NCBI GenBank assembly: GCA_007134165.1
Contig: SLLJ01000408.1
Location: 1 to 38,453, forward strand
Direction: 5' to 3'
DNA length: 38,453 nt
From: Nitriliruptoraceae bacterium
GTDB taxonomy: Bacteria > Actinomycetota > Nitriliruptoria > Nitriliruptorales > Nitriliruptoraceae
A model generated the notes under the pieces. It made no database searches. It was not told the origin of the DNA and saw only the letters and a program-made list of their open reading frames with translations. Position numbers and translations under genes: made by a program. Shown in pieces: positions 1 to 11,734 of the stretch; within the stretch, counting starts at the first letter, position 1, and every line of letters begins with the position of its first letter.

Positions 1-18
1 CTCGATCGAGATCAACGC

Positions 19-156
19 TCACGCCACGTCGAACGTCGGCAGCAGTTGTGCCTCGACCGCGGCGCCGCCGGTCACCGACCGCGCGAGCACGGCGATGGTC
101 AGCCAGCGCCAGCGGATGACCTCGAGCAGCTCGTCGAGCACCAAGCGTTCCGTCAT
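19..156 (-). CDS. hypothetical small protein (45 aa from ATG 156; the track ORF extends to 285)
   Basis: Third-position G/C is very high (about 42 of 45 codons) from MTERLVLDELLEV... to the stop. It is lower in the upstream part of the 88-aa ORF. No family recognised and the SD is weak. Confidence 0.3.
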   Translation of the reverse strand: MTERLVLDELLEVIRWRWLTIAVLARSVTGGAAVEAQLLPTFDVA

Positions 157-390
157 GCCGTCCACTTCCGTGTCTGCCCGTCCGTCCCCGACCGGCGCTG
201 CGACGACACGACATGCGCGAACAACGGGCCATGAACGAGCAGCCTGACGGCTGGATGCCGGTGGTGCCCGAGCGCCCGAAGCCAACCTCTAGCAGGTGTA
301 ACACACCCGCCACCCTGTGTGACGTTCTGCTGGCCAGGGAAGCGACGACGGTGCCGCGCACCTCGGAGGTGACGTGGGCCGAACGTGACG

Positions 391-465
<75 letters not shown>

Positions 466-553
466 GAACGATTCCCGCGGCTGACGCGCCGCGGCCGGTG
501 AGCGTAGCGACCACGCGACGACCAGGCGAACCGATCGCCGCGGGGCGAGCTGC

Positions 554-1162
554 TCAGCGTGCCCGGTTGCTCTCCCCCGATCGGGACTCCCGGGTCGCCT
601 GGCGGGATGCACGTCCCGGCTGGTCGGCGGCCGACGACGTCGACCTGCGCGGCGAGATCGGGCCGAGCACATGCGCCGCGGTGCTCTCGTTGGCGGTGTC
701 GCGGCGCCGCTGCCCGCCCGAGGTCGAAGAAGAGGGGTTCGCAGCGGTGTGCACCGGCGCCTCGCCCCGCGCCGCCGACCCGGGGGTGTCGTCGATCATC
801 GTGACCACCAACCCGCCGGTGAGGTCGGCGATGAGGTTGTGCAGGAAGGCGAGGAAGACGAGCACCGCCGTCTGTACGACCACCCACAGCAGCCCGAGCA
901 GCACCAGAACCTGGAATGCCGGTCCGGGCTCGAAGCCACAGTTGGTGAAGCCGACGTCCGCGGCGATGCCGCACACCTGGTCGACGAGGTTGAGCCGATC
1001 GGCGACGAACCAGACGACACCGGCGATCAACAGCCCGATGGCCAGGAACGCGAGGTTGAGGATGGCGCCGAACTTCAGCACCGACCAGGGGTCGATGCGT
1101 TTGAGGGTCAACCGGCGGCGGACCAAGGCGCGCTCCTGTGGGGACCGGAGAAGACTACCCAC
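554..1162 (-). CDS. DUF3566-like integral membrane protein (Rv0007-like position), with a disordered C-terminal tail
   Basis: ORF with GTG start at 1162. It has the KRIDPWSVLKF motif followed by several hydrophobic helices. It lies between gyrA and tRNA-Ile, as Rv0007 does in M. tuberculosis. Confidence 0.7.
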   Translation of the reverse strand: MGSLLRSPQERALVRRRLTLKRIDPWSVLKFGAILNLAFLAIGLLIAGVVWFVADRLNLVDQVCGIAADVGFTNCGFEPGPAFQVLVLLGLLWVVVQTAVLVFLAFLHNLIADLTGGLVVTMIDDTPGSAARGEAPVHTAANPSSSTSGGQRRRDTANESTAAHVLGPISPRRSTSSAADQPGRASRQATRESRSGESNRAR

Positions 1163-1183
1163 TGCGCCCCCGGCAGCCGGTTC

Positions 1184-1600
1184 TCACCGTGCCGCGCCCT
1201 GCTGCGAACCCTGCAGGCGCACGTTGGGTTCGAAGAGGAAACACACCACCTCGCGGTCATCCTGCTCCCAGGACTCCGCGGTCGGGAACAGCGCGTCGAG
1301 GAAGATCTCGGACTCGAAGTAGTCGATCCCAACGTAGGGCTCGAAGCGCGACAGGCAGCCGTCGAACGCGCTGGAGGCTGCCTCCTCCGCCCCGGGGAAG
1401 TCCCCCCCCGGCAGGTCGAACAGGGCGAAGACCTCGGCGTCGAACGAGTCGTCGCAGTCGACGATCTCGACGTTCTGCACGGTGTCGCCGTCCGGCTGGT
1501 CGAAGCACTGCCCGACCTCGAGCGAGAACACGTTGCCCTCCGAGGAGCAGGCCACCACCAGCAGCGCGCACGCGGCCAGGAGCAAGGAGCGGACACCCAT
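1184..1600 (-). CDS. secreted lipoprotein, septum-formation-domain-like
   Basis: Signal peptide plus lipobox (LLLAACALLVVAC|SSEG). A GGAAGGG SD precedes ATG 1600. The conserved Cys pattern (GQCF...VDCDDSFDAEV...C...C) resembles the Septum_form family. Confidence 0.65.
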   Translation of the reverse strand: MGVRSLLLAACALLVVACSSEGNVFSLEVGQCFDQPDGDTVQNVEIVDCDDSFDAEVFALFDLPGGDFPGAEEAASSAFDGCLSRFEPYVGIDYFESEIFLDALFPTAESWEQDDREVVCFLFEPNVRLQGSQQGAAR

Positions 1601-1659
1601 GACGATCCCTTCCGACAGCGAGCGGCCGAGACCGAGGTGTCCCTGCCCAGGATGGGACC

Positions 1660-4263
1660 CTAGTCCGAGATCGGCGAGGCACGCGCTGCATCCTCGTCGG
1701 AGGCCAGCCCGAGGTCGTCTTCGTCCTCGATCACCATCGCCACGCCCACCACTCGGGTGCCGACCCCGGCTCGCATCAGCGACACCCCCTGGGTGGCGCG
1801 CTTGCGCGGAACAACGTCGGCAAGGTCCATGCGGATCACCACGCCCGCATCGGTCACCAGCAGGATCTCGACCTCGTAGGGCACCGCCAGAGCACCGGCC
1901 AGAGCGCCGCGCTGCTCGGTGAGCTTGGCAGTGATCACCCCCTGACCGCCGCGCTTCTGGGTCGGGTACTCGACCAGGGGAGTGCGCTTCCCGAACCCCT
2001 GTTCGGTGACCACCAGCAGGTAGTCGTCGTCGCGGACCGGCGCCATGGCCAGAACCTCGTCTTCGTCCTCGATGCGCATACCGCGCACCCCGGCCGCCGT
2101 GCGCCCCATGGATCGCACGTCGGTCTCGGAGAAGCGGATGGCTCGACCCGAGCGTGACACCAACACGAGGTCCTCGTCCCCACCGGTGACCCGCACCCCC
2201 ATCAGCTCGTCGTCGTCGCGCAGGTCGATCGCGATGAGCACCGAGCGCGGCGAGTCGAAGGCATCGAGCCGGGTGCGCTTGACCGTCCCACGGCGGGTCG
2301 CGAAGACCAGGAACCTCTGCTCGTCGAAGGCCTGCAACGCGAGCACCGCCGCCACCGTCTCGTCGGGTTCGAGCGCGAGCCCCGGGACGTTGGCGACGTA
2401 GACCCCGCGCGCGGAGCGGGACTTCTCCGGGACCTGGTAGGCCTTGATCCGGTAGACGCGGCCCTGGTTGGTGAAGAACAGCAGGTGATCGTGGGTCGAA
2501 CAGGTCAGCAGAACCGAGATGATGTCGTCCTCCTTCATCTCGGCCCCGCGCACCCCCCGGCCCCCGCGTTTCTGGGTGCGGAACGCGTCGATCGGGGTGC
2601 GCTTGACGTACCCGGCCCGGGTCAGGGTGACCGCGATGTCACCGACCGGGATGAGATCCTCGACGGTCATCGCGCCGTCATCGGTCACGACGCGTGAGCG
2701 GCGCTCGTCCGCGAAACGTTCGCGTACGTCGGTGAGCTCGTCCTTGATGATCGATCGCACCCAGGCCGGGTCGGCGAGGATGGCCTCGAGCTCGGCGATG
2801 AGGGCGAGCAGCTCGTCGTACTCGTCCTGGATGCGCTGGCGCTCGAGCTGCGCGAGTCGGCGCAACTGCATGTCGAGAATGGCCTGGGCCTGGATCTCGG
2901 AGAGCTGGAAACGGGCCATCAGCTCGCCCTTGGCCGCGTCGGCCGAGGCGCTGGCCCGGATCAGGGCGATGATCTGGTCGATGTGGTCGAGCGCGATGAG
3001 CAGGCCCTCGAGCACGTGCGCCCGGTCCCGGGCCTTGCGCAGCCGATAGCTGGTGCGCCGGGTGATGACCTCGACCTGGTGGGCGATGTAGTGACCGAGC
3101 GCCTGGTTGAGGGTGAGCGTGCGTGGGATCCCGTCGACCAGCGCCAGCAGGTTGACGCCGAAGGTGTCCTGCAGCTGGGTGTGCTTGTAGAGCTGGTTGA
3201 GCACGACCTGGGCGTTGGCGTCACGCTTGAGATCGATCACCACCCGCATCCCCTCGCGGGAGGACTCGTCGCGCAGGTCGGCGATCCCGGTGAGGACCTT
3301 GGAGTTGACCAGTTGGGCGATCTTCTGGAGGAGGTTGGCCTTGTTGACCATGTAGGGGATCTCGGTGACCACGATCCGCTCACGGTCCCGGCCGGCCTCG
3401 GGCTCCTCGATCGTGCACACCGCCCGCACCCGGATGGATCCCCGACCGGTGGTGTAGGCGTCGTAGGCCCCCTGGCTGCCCAGGATCAGCCCCCCGGTGG
3501 GGAAGTCGGGGGCGGGCACGTAGCGCATCAGGTCCACGGCGCTGAGCGTCGGGTCGTCGATCAGCGCGATGGTGGCGTCGATCAGCTCGCCGAGGTTGTG
3601 GGGCGGGATGTTGGTCGCCATCCCGACCGCGATGCCGGTGGCGCCGTTGGCCAGCAGGTTGGGGAACCGGGCCGGCAGGACCACCGGCTCGCGCTCATAG
3701 CCGTCGTAGTTGTCGATGAGGTCGACGGTCTCTTCGTCGATGCCGCGCAGCAGTTCCATCGCCAGGCGCGACAAGCGCGACTCGGTGTAGCGCATGGCGG
3801 CCGGCGGATCCCCGTCCACCGAGCCGAAGTTTCCGTGCCCGTCGATGAGTTCGTAGCGGATGGAGAAGTCCTGGCCCATCCGCACCAATGCGTCGTAGAT
3901 GGCCGAGTCGCCGTGCGGGTGGTACTTCTTCATCACATCGCCGACCGCGGACGCACACTTGCGGTACGGGCGATCGGGACGCAACCCGGTCTCGTCCATC
4001 GAGTACAGGATGCGGCGGTGCACCGGCTTGAGCCCGTCACGCACGTCGGGCAGCGCCCGACCGACGATCACGCTCATGGCATAGTCGAGGTACGAGGCAC
4101 GCATCTCGTCCTCGATGACCACCGGCTCGACGCGGGCGGCGAGCACTCCCCCGGTCTCGTCGATGGGGATGCCCTGTTCGTCCCGCACGACCGGGTCGCC
4201 GGGCGTGGCATCCGGGCTGCCGGGGATCGGCTGCTGGTCGGGATCGGGGAGGTCGTCAGCCAC
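1660..4263 (-). CDS. gyrA: DNA gyrase subunit A
   Basis: 867-aa ORF with the [27 protein letters not shown] catalytic-Tyr region and a C-terminal beta-pinwheel repeat region. GTG start preceded by AAGGAG. Confidence 0.98.
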   Translation of the reverse strand: MADDLPDPDQQPIPGSPDATPGDPVVRDEQGIPIDETGGVLAARVEPVVIEDEMRASYLDYAMSVIVGRALPDVRDGLKPVHRRILYSMDETGLRPDRPYRKCASAVGDVMKKYHPHGDSAIYDALVRMGQDFSIRYELIDGHGNFGSVDGDPPAAMRYTESRLSRLAMELLRGIDEETVDLIDNYDGYEREPVVLPARFPNLLANGATGIAVGMATNIPPHNLGELIDATIALIDDPTLSAVDLMRYVPAPDFPTGGLILGSQGAYDAYTTGRGSIRVRAVCTIEEPEAGRDRERIVVTEIPYMVNKANLLQKIAQLVNSKVLTGIADLRDESSREGMRVVIDLKRDANAQVVLNQLYKHTQLQDTFGVNLLALVDGIPRTLTLNQALGHYIAHQVEVITRRTSYRLRKARDRAHVLEGLLIALDHIDQIIALIRASASADAAKGELMARFQLSEIQAQAILDMQLRRLAQLERQRIQDEYDELLALIAELEAILADPAWVRSIIKDELTDVRERFADERRSRVVTDDGAMTVEDLIPVGDIAVTLTRAGYVKRTPIDAFRTQKRGGRGVRGAEMKEDDIISVLLTCSTHDHLLFFTNQGRVYRIKAYQVPEKSRSARGVYVANVPGLALEPDETVAAVLALQAFDEQRFLVFATRRGTVKRTRLDAFDSPRSVLIAIDLRDDDELMGVRVTGGDEDLVLVSRSGRAIRFSETDVRSMGRTAAGVRGMRIEDEDEVLAMAPVRDDDYLLVVTEQGFGKRTPLVEYPTQKRGGQGVITAKLTEQRGALAGALAVPYEVEILLVTDAGVVIRMDLADVVPRKRATQGVSLMRAGVGTRVVGVAMVIEDEDDLGLASDEDAARASPISD

Positions 4264-4287
4264 CAGGGCTCCTTGGGGGTGCGGCGA

Positions 4288-4527
4288 TCAGCGCGGTGCG
4301 TGACCATCGGGGTCGTCGGGCTCGTCGTCCGGCAGCGCCTCGGACATCGGGTGGAAGCTGTCCGCCCGACGCGACACTCCCCACAGCAGCGCGCCCGACA
4401 GCACACCGGCCACGACGCCACCCGTCACCGAACCGCCGGTACCAAAGCCCAGGAATAGCGCGACCCCGGCTACCGAGACGAAGCCGATGACCACGGCGAG
4501 CAGGACGGCGCGTGTGGTGCGGTCCAT
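4288..4527 (-). CDS. small membrane protein (79 aa), unknown function
   Basis: ATG preceded by GGGAG. Two hydrophobic helices and an acidic C-terminal tail. Sits inside the gyrB-gyrA operon with 6-nt and 24-nt gaps to its neighbours. Confidence 0.5.
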   Translation of the reverse strand: MDRTTRAVLLAVVIGFVSVAGVALFLGFGTGGSVTGGVVAGVLSGALLWGVSRRADSFHPMSEALPDDEPDDPDGHAPR

Positions 4528-4533
4528 CGGCGA

Positions 4534-7067
<2,534 letters not shown>

Positions 7068-7200
7068 CTAGCAGGAGCGCGGGTCGCGGCTCAGGGGCCC
7101 GGAACCGCCTGTGGAGGACGGACCCCCCCACCACGTACCCAGCTTCGCGGCAGGCAGCGCGGCCGGCCAAGCGCCGCTCAGCGCGACGGAGCAGACGGCC

Positions 7201-7872
7201 TCAGCCGCTGGCGAGCAGGGTGGCGATCTGGTTGACGAGGTCCATCGACTGCCGACCCGACGCGCGCACCTGCACGATGCCTTCGGCGTCGATGCCGACC
7301 CAGTAGGGGGTGCCGGTCAACCCAAAGGCCTGGGCCACGCTGCCCTCGGCGTCGTCGGTGATCACCGGGCCCGGGTAGCCCACCCGGGAGAACCAGGCGT
7401 CGGGCGGCCAGTTGGTGTCGTCGGGACGGTGCAGGGTCGACACCGCGATCACCTCGACGTCACCGTCGGGTCCGCCCTCGTCGAGCCAGGCTGCCACTTC
7501 GGGCAACTCGTCCCGGCAGAACGAGCACCAGGAAGCCATGAACACCACCAACTGGGGGTTGCCGGTGCCTCCGATCGAGACCGGGTTGCCCGCGAAGTCG
7601 GCACCCTCGATACGGGGGGCCGCCTGCCCGAGCGCCGGGTCGTCACCCGGATCGGTGTCCCCGGCCGGAGGCAGTGCCTCACCGGTGATGGTGGGGCTGC
7701 CGGCCACGTCGGCCAGCGACGTCTCGCGCACTTCGCGCTCGGCGGCGCGGTCCTCGGCGTCGCCCGCCGCCGACCAGGCGATCAAGCCGACCACGAGCAG
7801 GACGGCCAGACCGATTCCGCCCCCGATCAGCAGGGTGCGCCGGTCGGTGCCGGCCTTGGTGTTCGACGACAT
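7201..7872 (-). CDS. membrane-anchored thioredoxin-fold thiol-disulfide oxidoreductase (TlpA/ResA-like)
   Basis: N-terminal TM helix followed by a thioredoxin fold with the WCSFC active site (VVFMASWCSFCRDELPEV). ATG preceded by AGGAGG. Confidence 0.85.
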   Translation of the reverse strand: MSSNTKAGTDRRTLLIGGGIGLAVLLVVGLIAWSAAGDAEDRAAEREVRETSLADVAGSPTITGEALPPAGDTDPGDDPALGQAAPRIEGADFAGNPVSIGGTGNPQLVVFMASWCSFCRDELPEVAAWLDEGGPDGDVEVIAVSTLHRPDDTNWPPDAWFSRVGYPGPVITDDAEGSVAQAFGLTGTPYWVGIDAEGIVQVRASGRQSMDLVNQIATLLASG

Positions 7873-7975
7873 CGAGAACCTCCTGGTGCGGTGAGATCAG
7901 TGGAGACGGCGACGATTGCGTGACGGTTCGTTCAGGGTTCGGTGAGGGTTCGCGTGGTGGCCGGCAACGGTCGGG

Positions 7976-8533
7976 TCAGTCGTCGGTGGGCCGCGAGCGG
8001 GCCGCCAGGCTCAGGCTGATGATGGCCAGGAAACCGGCCAGCGCCATCCCGGGGATGGTCACGAAGCCGAACTCTTGGACCCACAGCACGTCGCACGGGG
8101 CCGAGATGTCGCAGGAACCCCCGAGCGCCGCCAGACGTTCCACCCCAAGGTGGTACACGGCGATGGCCGCACCCACGCCCGCCAGCGGGACGGAGGTGCG
8201 CCACACCTGCGTGTCCCCGCGGAGCGCGGCCACGCCGAGCACCACCACCAGTGGGTACATCGCGATGCGCTGGTACCAGCACAGCACACAGGGTGGGTAG
8301 CCCGCGATCTCCGAGAGGTACAGCGAGCCCAGGGTGGCGGTGGTGGCCACGGCGGTCGACAGCGGCAGCGCGAGCGTCGTGCGCAACCAGGCAGGGACCC
8401 GCCCGGTGGCCACCAAGCCCGCGATCACGCCGGCACCGCCCAGCGCGAGCAGGGCGAGCAGCGCGAAGAAGCGCTCAGCGACGGCGAACACGAACGGGGT
8501 GACCTCCCGGGGGTGGCGTGGATGCTCCCCCAT
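7976..8533 (-). CDS. DsbB-family disulfide bond formation protein (BdbC-like)
   Basis: Four helices. First Cys pair is in YPPCVLCWYQRIAMYP and the second in GGSCDISAPCD. I trimmed the start to ATG 8533 (in frame). The upstream 58 codons of the track ORF are Arg/Gly/Pro-rich. Confidence 0.8.
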   Translation of the reverse strand: MGEHPRHPREVTPFVFAVAERFFALLALLALGGAGVIAGLVATGRVPAWLRTTLALPLSTAVATTATLGSLYLSEIAGYPPCVLCWYQRIAMYPLVVVLGVAALRGDTQVWRTSVPLAGVGAAIAVYHLGVERLAALGGSCDISAPCDVLWVQEFGFVTIPGMALAGFLAIISLSLAARSRPTDD

Positions 8534-8589
8534 GACCCACGTGGTGGTCGCGAGGGTACCCACCACCGCCTCGGTGACGTGGGGCCCCG

Positions 8590-9048
8590 TCACTCGCTCT
8601 GGAGCGGACCGACCACCAGGCGGATGTCGCGGACCACCGGTTCGCCGAGCACCTCGGTGAGGTTGGCGAGCAGACCGGGCACCAGGTAGCGCAGTTGCGT
8701 GGCCCAAACGGCGCTTCGAGCGCGGACAACGAGGATTCCACCCGCCACTCGCACGGGCTGGCAGTGCCGCGCGAGGTCGGGGCCGACCACCTCGTCCCAG
8801 CGTGCCCAGAGGGTGGCGGTGACCAGCCGCTGGCTCCAGCCCTGACGCTGCACCAGCTGGGCCAGCGCCTCCCCCACGGGTCGGGGGTCGGGAACCCGGC
8901 GCAGCCCGTCGGTATCGGGCTCCTCGATCGTCCAGTCGTCGTCGCTGGGCGGCGCCGGGTCGAAACTGGCGCGGTCGAGCGCGGCGCGGCGGGCTGCCTG
9001 GCGCCGCCGCTCCGCGGCATCGGCACGGGCCTCCCGATCCGGCCTCAC
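8590..9048 (-). CDS. DUF721 protein (DciA-type, Rv0004-like)
   Basis: Contains WARWDEVVGPDLARHCQPVRVAGGILVVRARSAVWATQLRYL, typical of DUF721. The GTG start overlaps the recF stop (GTGA). Its position after recF matches mycobacteria. Confidence 0.85.
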   Translation of the reverse strand: MRPDREARADAAERRRQAARRAALDRASFDPAPPSDDDWTIEEPDTDGLRRVPDPRPVGEALAQLVQRQGWSQRLVTATLWARWDEVVGPDLARHCQPVRVAGGILVVRARSAVWATQLRYLVPGLLANLTEVLGEPVVRDIRLVVGPLQSE

Positions 9049-10238
9049 GCGGCGCCCTCCACTCCGGTTGGCCCCGGCTCCCGGGGTCGCAGGCGGGTCA
9101 CCCCCGCATCGAGGGTGACCTCGACGCGGGACCCGGCAAGGGGGACGTCCGCCTCGACGGCCGCGGTGACCAGGACCTGGTCGAACCCACGACAGGCGGT
9201 CGCCAGCCGTTCCCGACGCACCTCATCGAGCTCAGCGAAGACGTCGTCGAGGAGCACGACCGGTCGGTCACCGACCTCGGCGAGCAACACGTCGGTGGCC
9301 AGCTTGAGCGCCAGGGCCAGGGACCACACCTCCCCGTGACTGGCGTACCCCCGCGCGGGCAGCGCCCCGATGGACAGCTCGAGCTCGTCGCGGTGCGGGC
9401 CGACCAGGGTCAGCCCTCGGGCGCGCTCCTCCTCAGCGCGTGCCACGAACCCGTCGCGCAGTCCGGCGACGATGGCCGACGGATCCGGGACCCGGGCGTC
9501 GTCGGCCCCGGAAGTGGCGGTCGCAGCGCCGGCCGTGGAGCGGTAGACCAGTCCGACCGGCTCGGGGCGATCGGCCAGCTCCCGGTAGAAGCGGTCGGTC
9601 GGCGGCGCCAGGGTGCGGACCGCAGCCACCCGGGCGGCGATGAGCTGGGCTCCAGCAGCCACGACCTGCTCGGTCCAGACCTCGAGCGCCGTGGTGAACG
9701 TTCCACCGGCAGGGAGACGCCCGGCTCGAGCGTCGCGCAACAGCTGGTTGCGCTGGCGCAGCGCTCGGTCGTAGTCAGCCCGGGCTGCCGCGTAGGCCGG
9801 GCGTCGCTGGGCGAGCAGGTCGTCGAGGAAGCGCCGGCGCTCGGAGGGCTCGCCCCGCACGATCGCGGTGTCCTCCGGAGCGAACAGGACCACCCTGAGC
9901 ACCCCGAGCGCATCGGCGGCGCGACGCACCTGTTGCCCATCGACGCGGGTGCGGGTACGACGGGTACCCGATGCCAGCTCGAGCTCGACTCGGCGCTCAC
10001 GCCCGTCGTCGGTCTCGAGCCGACACCGGATCACGCCGAGCTCGCAGCCGGCGCGGACCAGCGGTGCGTCACCCGCGACCCGGTGCGACGAACCGGTCGC
10101 CAGCCGGTGGACGGCCTCGAGCAGGTTGGTCTTGCCCTGGGCATTGCGACCGACGAGCAGGGTCACCCCAGCCTCGAGGTCGAGCGAGACGTGATCGTAG
10201 GACCGAACGTCGGTGAGCTCGATGCGACGCAGCAGCAC
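9045..10238 (-). CDS. recF: DNA replication and repair protein RecF
   Basis: Walker A motif (GRNAQGKTNLLEAV) at the N-terminus and an SMC-like signature. Position between dnaN and gyrB. Confidence 0.95.
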   Translation of the reverse strand: MLLRRIELTDVRSYDHVSLDLEAGVTLLVGRNAQGKTNLLEAVHRLATGSSHRVAGDAPLVRAGCELGVIRCRLETDDGRERRVELELASGTRRTRTRVDGQQVRRAADALGVLRVVLFAPEDTAIVRGEPSERRRFLDDLLAQRRPAYAAARADYDRALRQRNQLLRDARAGRLPAGGTFTTALEVWTEQVVAAGAQLIAARVAAVRTLAPPTDRFYRELADRPEPVGLVYRSTAGAATATSGADDARVPDPSAIVAGLRDGFVARAEEERARGLTLVGPHRDELELSIGALPARGYASHGEVWSLALALKLATDVLLAEVGDRPVVLLDDVFAELDEVRRERLATACRGFDQVLVTAAVEADVPLAGSRVEVTLDAGVTRLRPREPGPTGVEGAA

Positions 10239-10242
10239 CCGG

Positions 10243-11355
10243 TCAGCTCACCCGCATCGGCATCAGCAGGTAGGTCAGGTCGTCGGTCTGCTCGTCGTCG
10301 GTCTCCGGGTGCAGTACGGCGGGCTTGAGCCCGTCGCGGAGCTCGATGCGGATGCGCTCGGTACCGGTGGCCTCGAGTCCAGCCAGCAGGAATGCCGGGT
10401 TAAAGGCGATGGTCAGGCCCTCGCCGTCGATGTCGGCCGGCAGAGCCTCCGCGGCGTCCCCCATCTCCTGGTTGGTGGCCTGCAGTTCGACCGAACCGTC
10501 CGAGAAGGTCAAGCTGACCGGAGTGTTGGCCTGACCCAAGGCCACGATCGCCACCCGTTGCAGCGCCTCCACGAGCGGCGTGCGCTCGATCACCACGGTG
10601 GTCTCGTGCGCGTCGGGCAGTAGGGCCCGATAATTGGGGAACGTGCCTTCGATGAGCTTGGTCGTGAGGCGACGGTCACCGAACAGGAACGAGACCTGCC
10701 CCTCCTCGAGCACGATCGTCAGTGAACCGCCGACTTCACCGGCGGCCTTGGCTGCCTCCTGCAGCGAGCGGCTCGGAACCAGCGCGTTGCCTTCGAGGGC
10801 CTGATCCCAGTCGAGCGTGCGCACGGCCAAGCGGTAGCTGTCGGTCGCCGCGGCCGTGAGCAGCCCCCCTTCGGCGTGCAACTGCACCCCGGTCAACACC
10901 GGACGGCCCTCGTCGGTGGAGGCGGCTCGGGCCACCTGACTGACCAGCCGAGCGAAGGCGTCGGCGGGCAGGACGCCGCTGCTGGCGTCCTCGGCGGGAA
11001 CCGGCAGGGTCGGGAAGTCCTCGACCTGCATCCCACGAACGTGGAAGGTCGCCCGTCCGCAGGTGATCTGCAATCGATCCGGTTCCCCGTCGAGTTCGAC
11101 GGGTGCCTGAGGGAAGCGGGCGACCAGTTGGGCGAGCAGCCTCCCGGGGAGCAGCGCGCGGCCCGGACGATCGATCGACACCGGGATGGTGATCTCCGCC
11201 GCGACCTCGAGGTCGGTGGCCCGGCAGGTCAGCTTGCCGTCCTGCGCCTCGAGCAGCACGCCCGACAGGGCCGGCAGGGTGACCCGACCGGCGACCGTGC
11301 GGGTAGCCCAGGACACGGCATCAGCGAACTGGGCCCGATCGGCGCGCAGCTTCAC
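10243..11355 (-). CDS. dnaN: DNA polymerase III beta sliding clamp
   Basis: 370 aa with a three-domain clamp pattern. GTG start preceded by AGGAAGGA. Immediately downstream of dnaA. Confidence 0.95.
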   Translation of the reverse strand: MKLRADRAQFADAVSWATRTVAGRVTLPALSGVLLEAQDGKLTCRATDLEVAAEITIPVSIDRPGRALLPGRLLAQLVARFPQAPVELDGEPDRLQITCGRATFHVRGMQVEDFPTLPVPAEDASSGVLPADAFARLVSQVARAASTDEGRPVLTGVQLHAEGGLLTAAATDSYRLAVRTLDWDQALEGNALVPSRSLQEAAKAAGEVGGSLTIVLEEGQVSFLFGDRRLTTKLIEGTFPNYRALLPDAHETTVVIERTPLVEALQRVAIVALGQANTPVSLTFSDGSVELQATNQEMGDAAEALPADIDGEGLTIAFNPAFLLAGLEATGTERIRIELRDGLKPAVLHPETDDEQTDDLTYLLMPMRVS

Positions 11356-11734
11356 GACAGTCCTTCCTGCAGTTGTCCACCGTCATGGTGTAGAAGTCGT
11401 TGTTCTCTTCGTTCTCACGCCATAACCATAGGGGGTGTGCACTCGGTGGACGAGTGGCTCTTCTCGCAGGTCACCCGGGGTACCGGCGTGGTGGAAGGAT
11501 TGTGGGTCATGGCGCCGGCGATCCCCAGCGCGGTGAATGACATCGGGGTGCTTCCACCGCAGCGGTGCGCCGTCCACCGGTCGTGCACGGTGCATCCCCA
11601 GCCGGTGAGCCCGTGGGGGGACACCAGGCACCGTCCCGGTCCCCACCCTCCCCTGTGTCGTCCACGCGTAAGCCACGGCTCGTCCCCAGCTGGTCCACGG
11701 GGACGTCCACGGCCTGCGGGTGCGTCGTGCACGC
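11356..11734. other. candidate oriC (dnaA-dnaN spacer with a DnaA-box cluster and an AT-rich dip)
   Basis: 379 bp non-coding. GTCCAC cores lie at 11375, 11446 (reverse), 11572, 11660, 11693 and 11705. The best 9-mer is TTGTCCACC at 11373-11381. Region 11388-11431 is about 45% GC. Confidence 0.7.

Noticed and set aside
1-390. tRNA-Ala expected next to tRNA-Ile (as in mycobacteria), or an integrase or mobile element using the tRNA as an attachment site
   Set aside because: No second cloverleaf could be folded in 1-390. No integrase or transposase-like ORF or flanking direct repeat of the tRNA 3' end is visible, though the window ends 390 nt beyond the tRNA.
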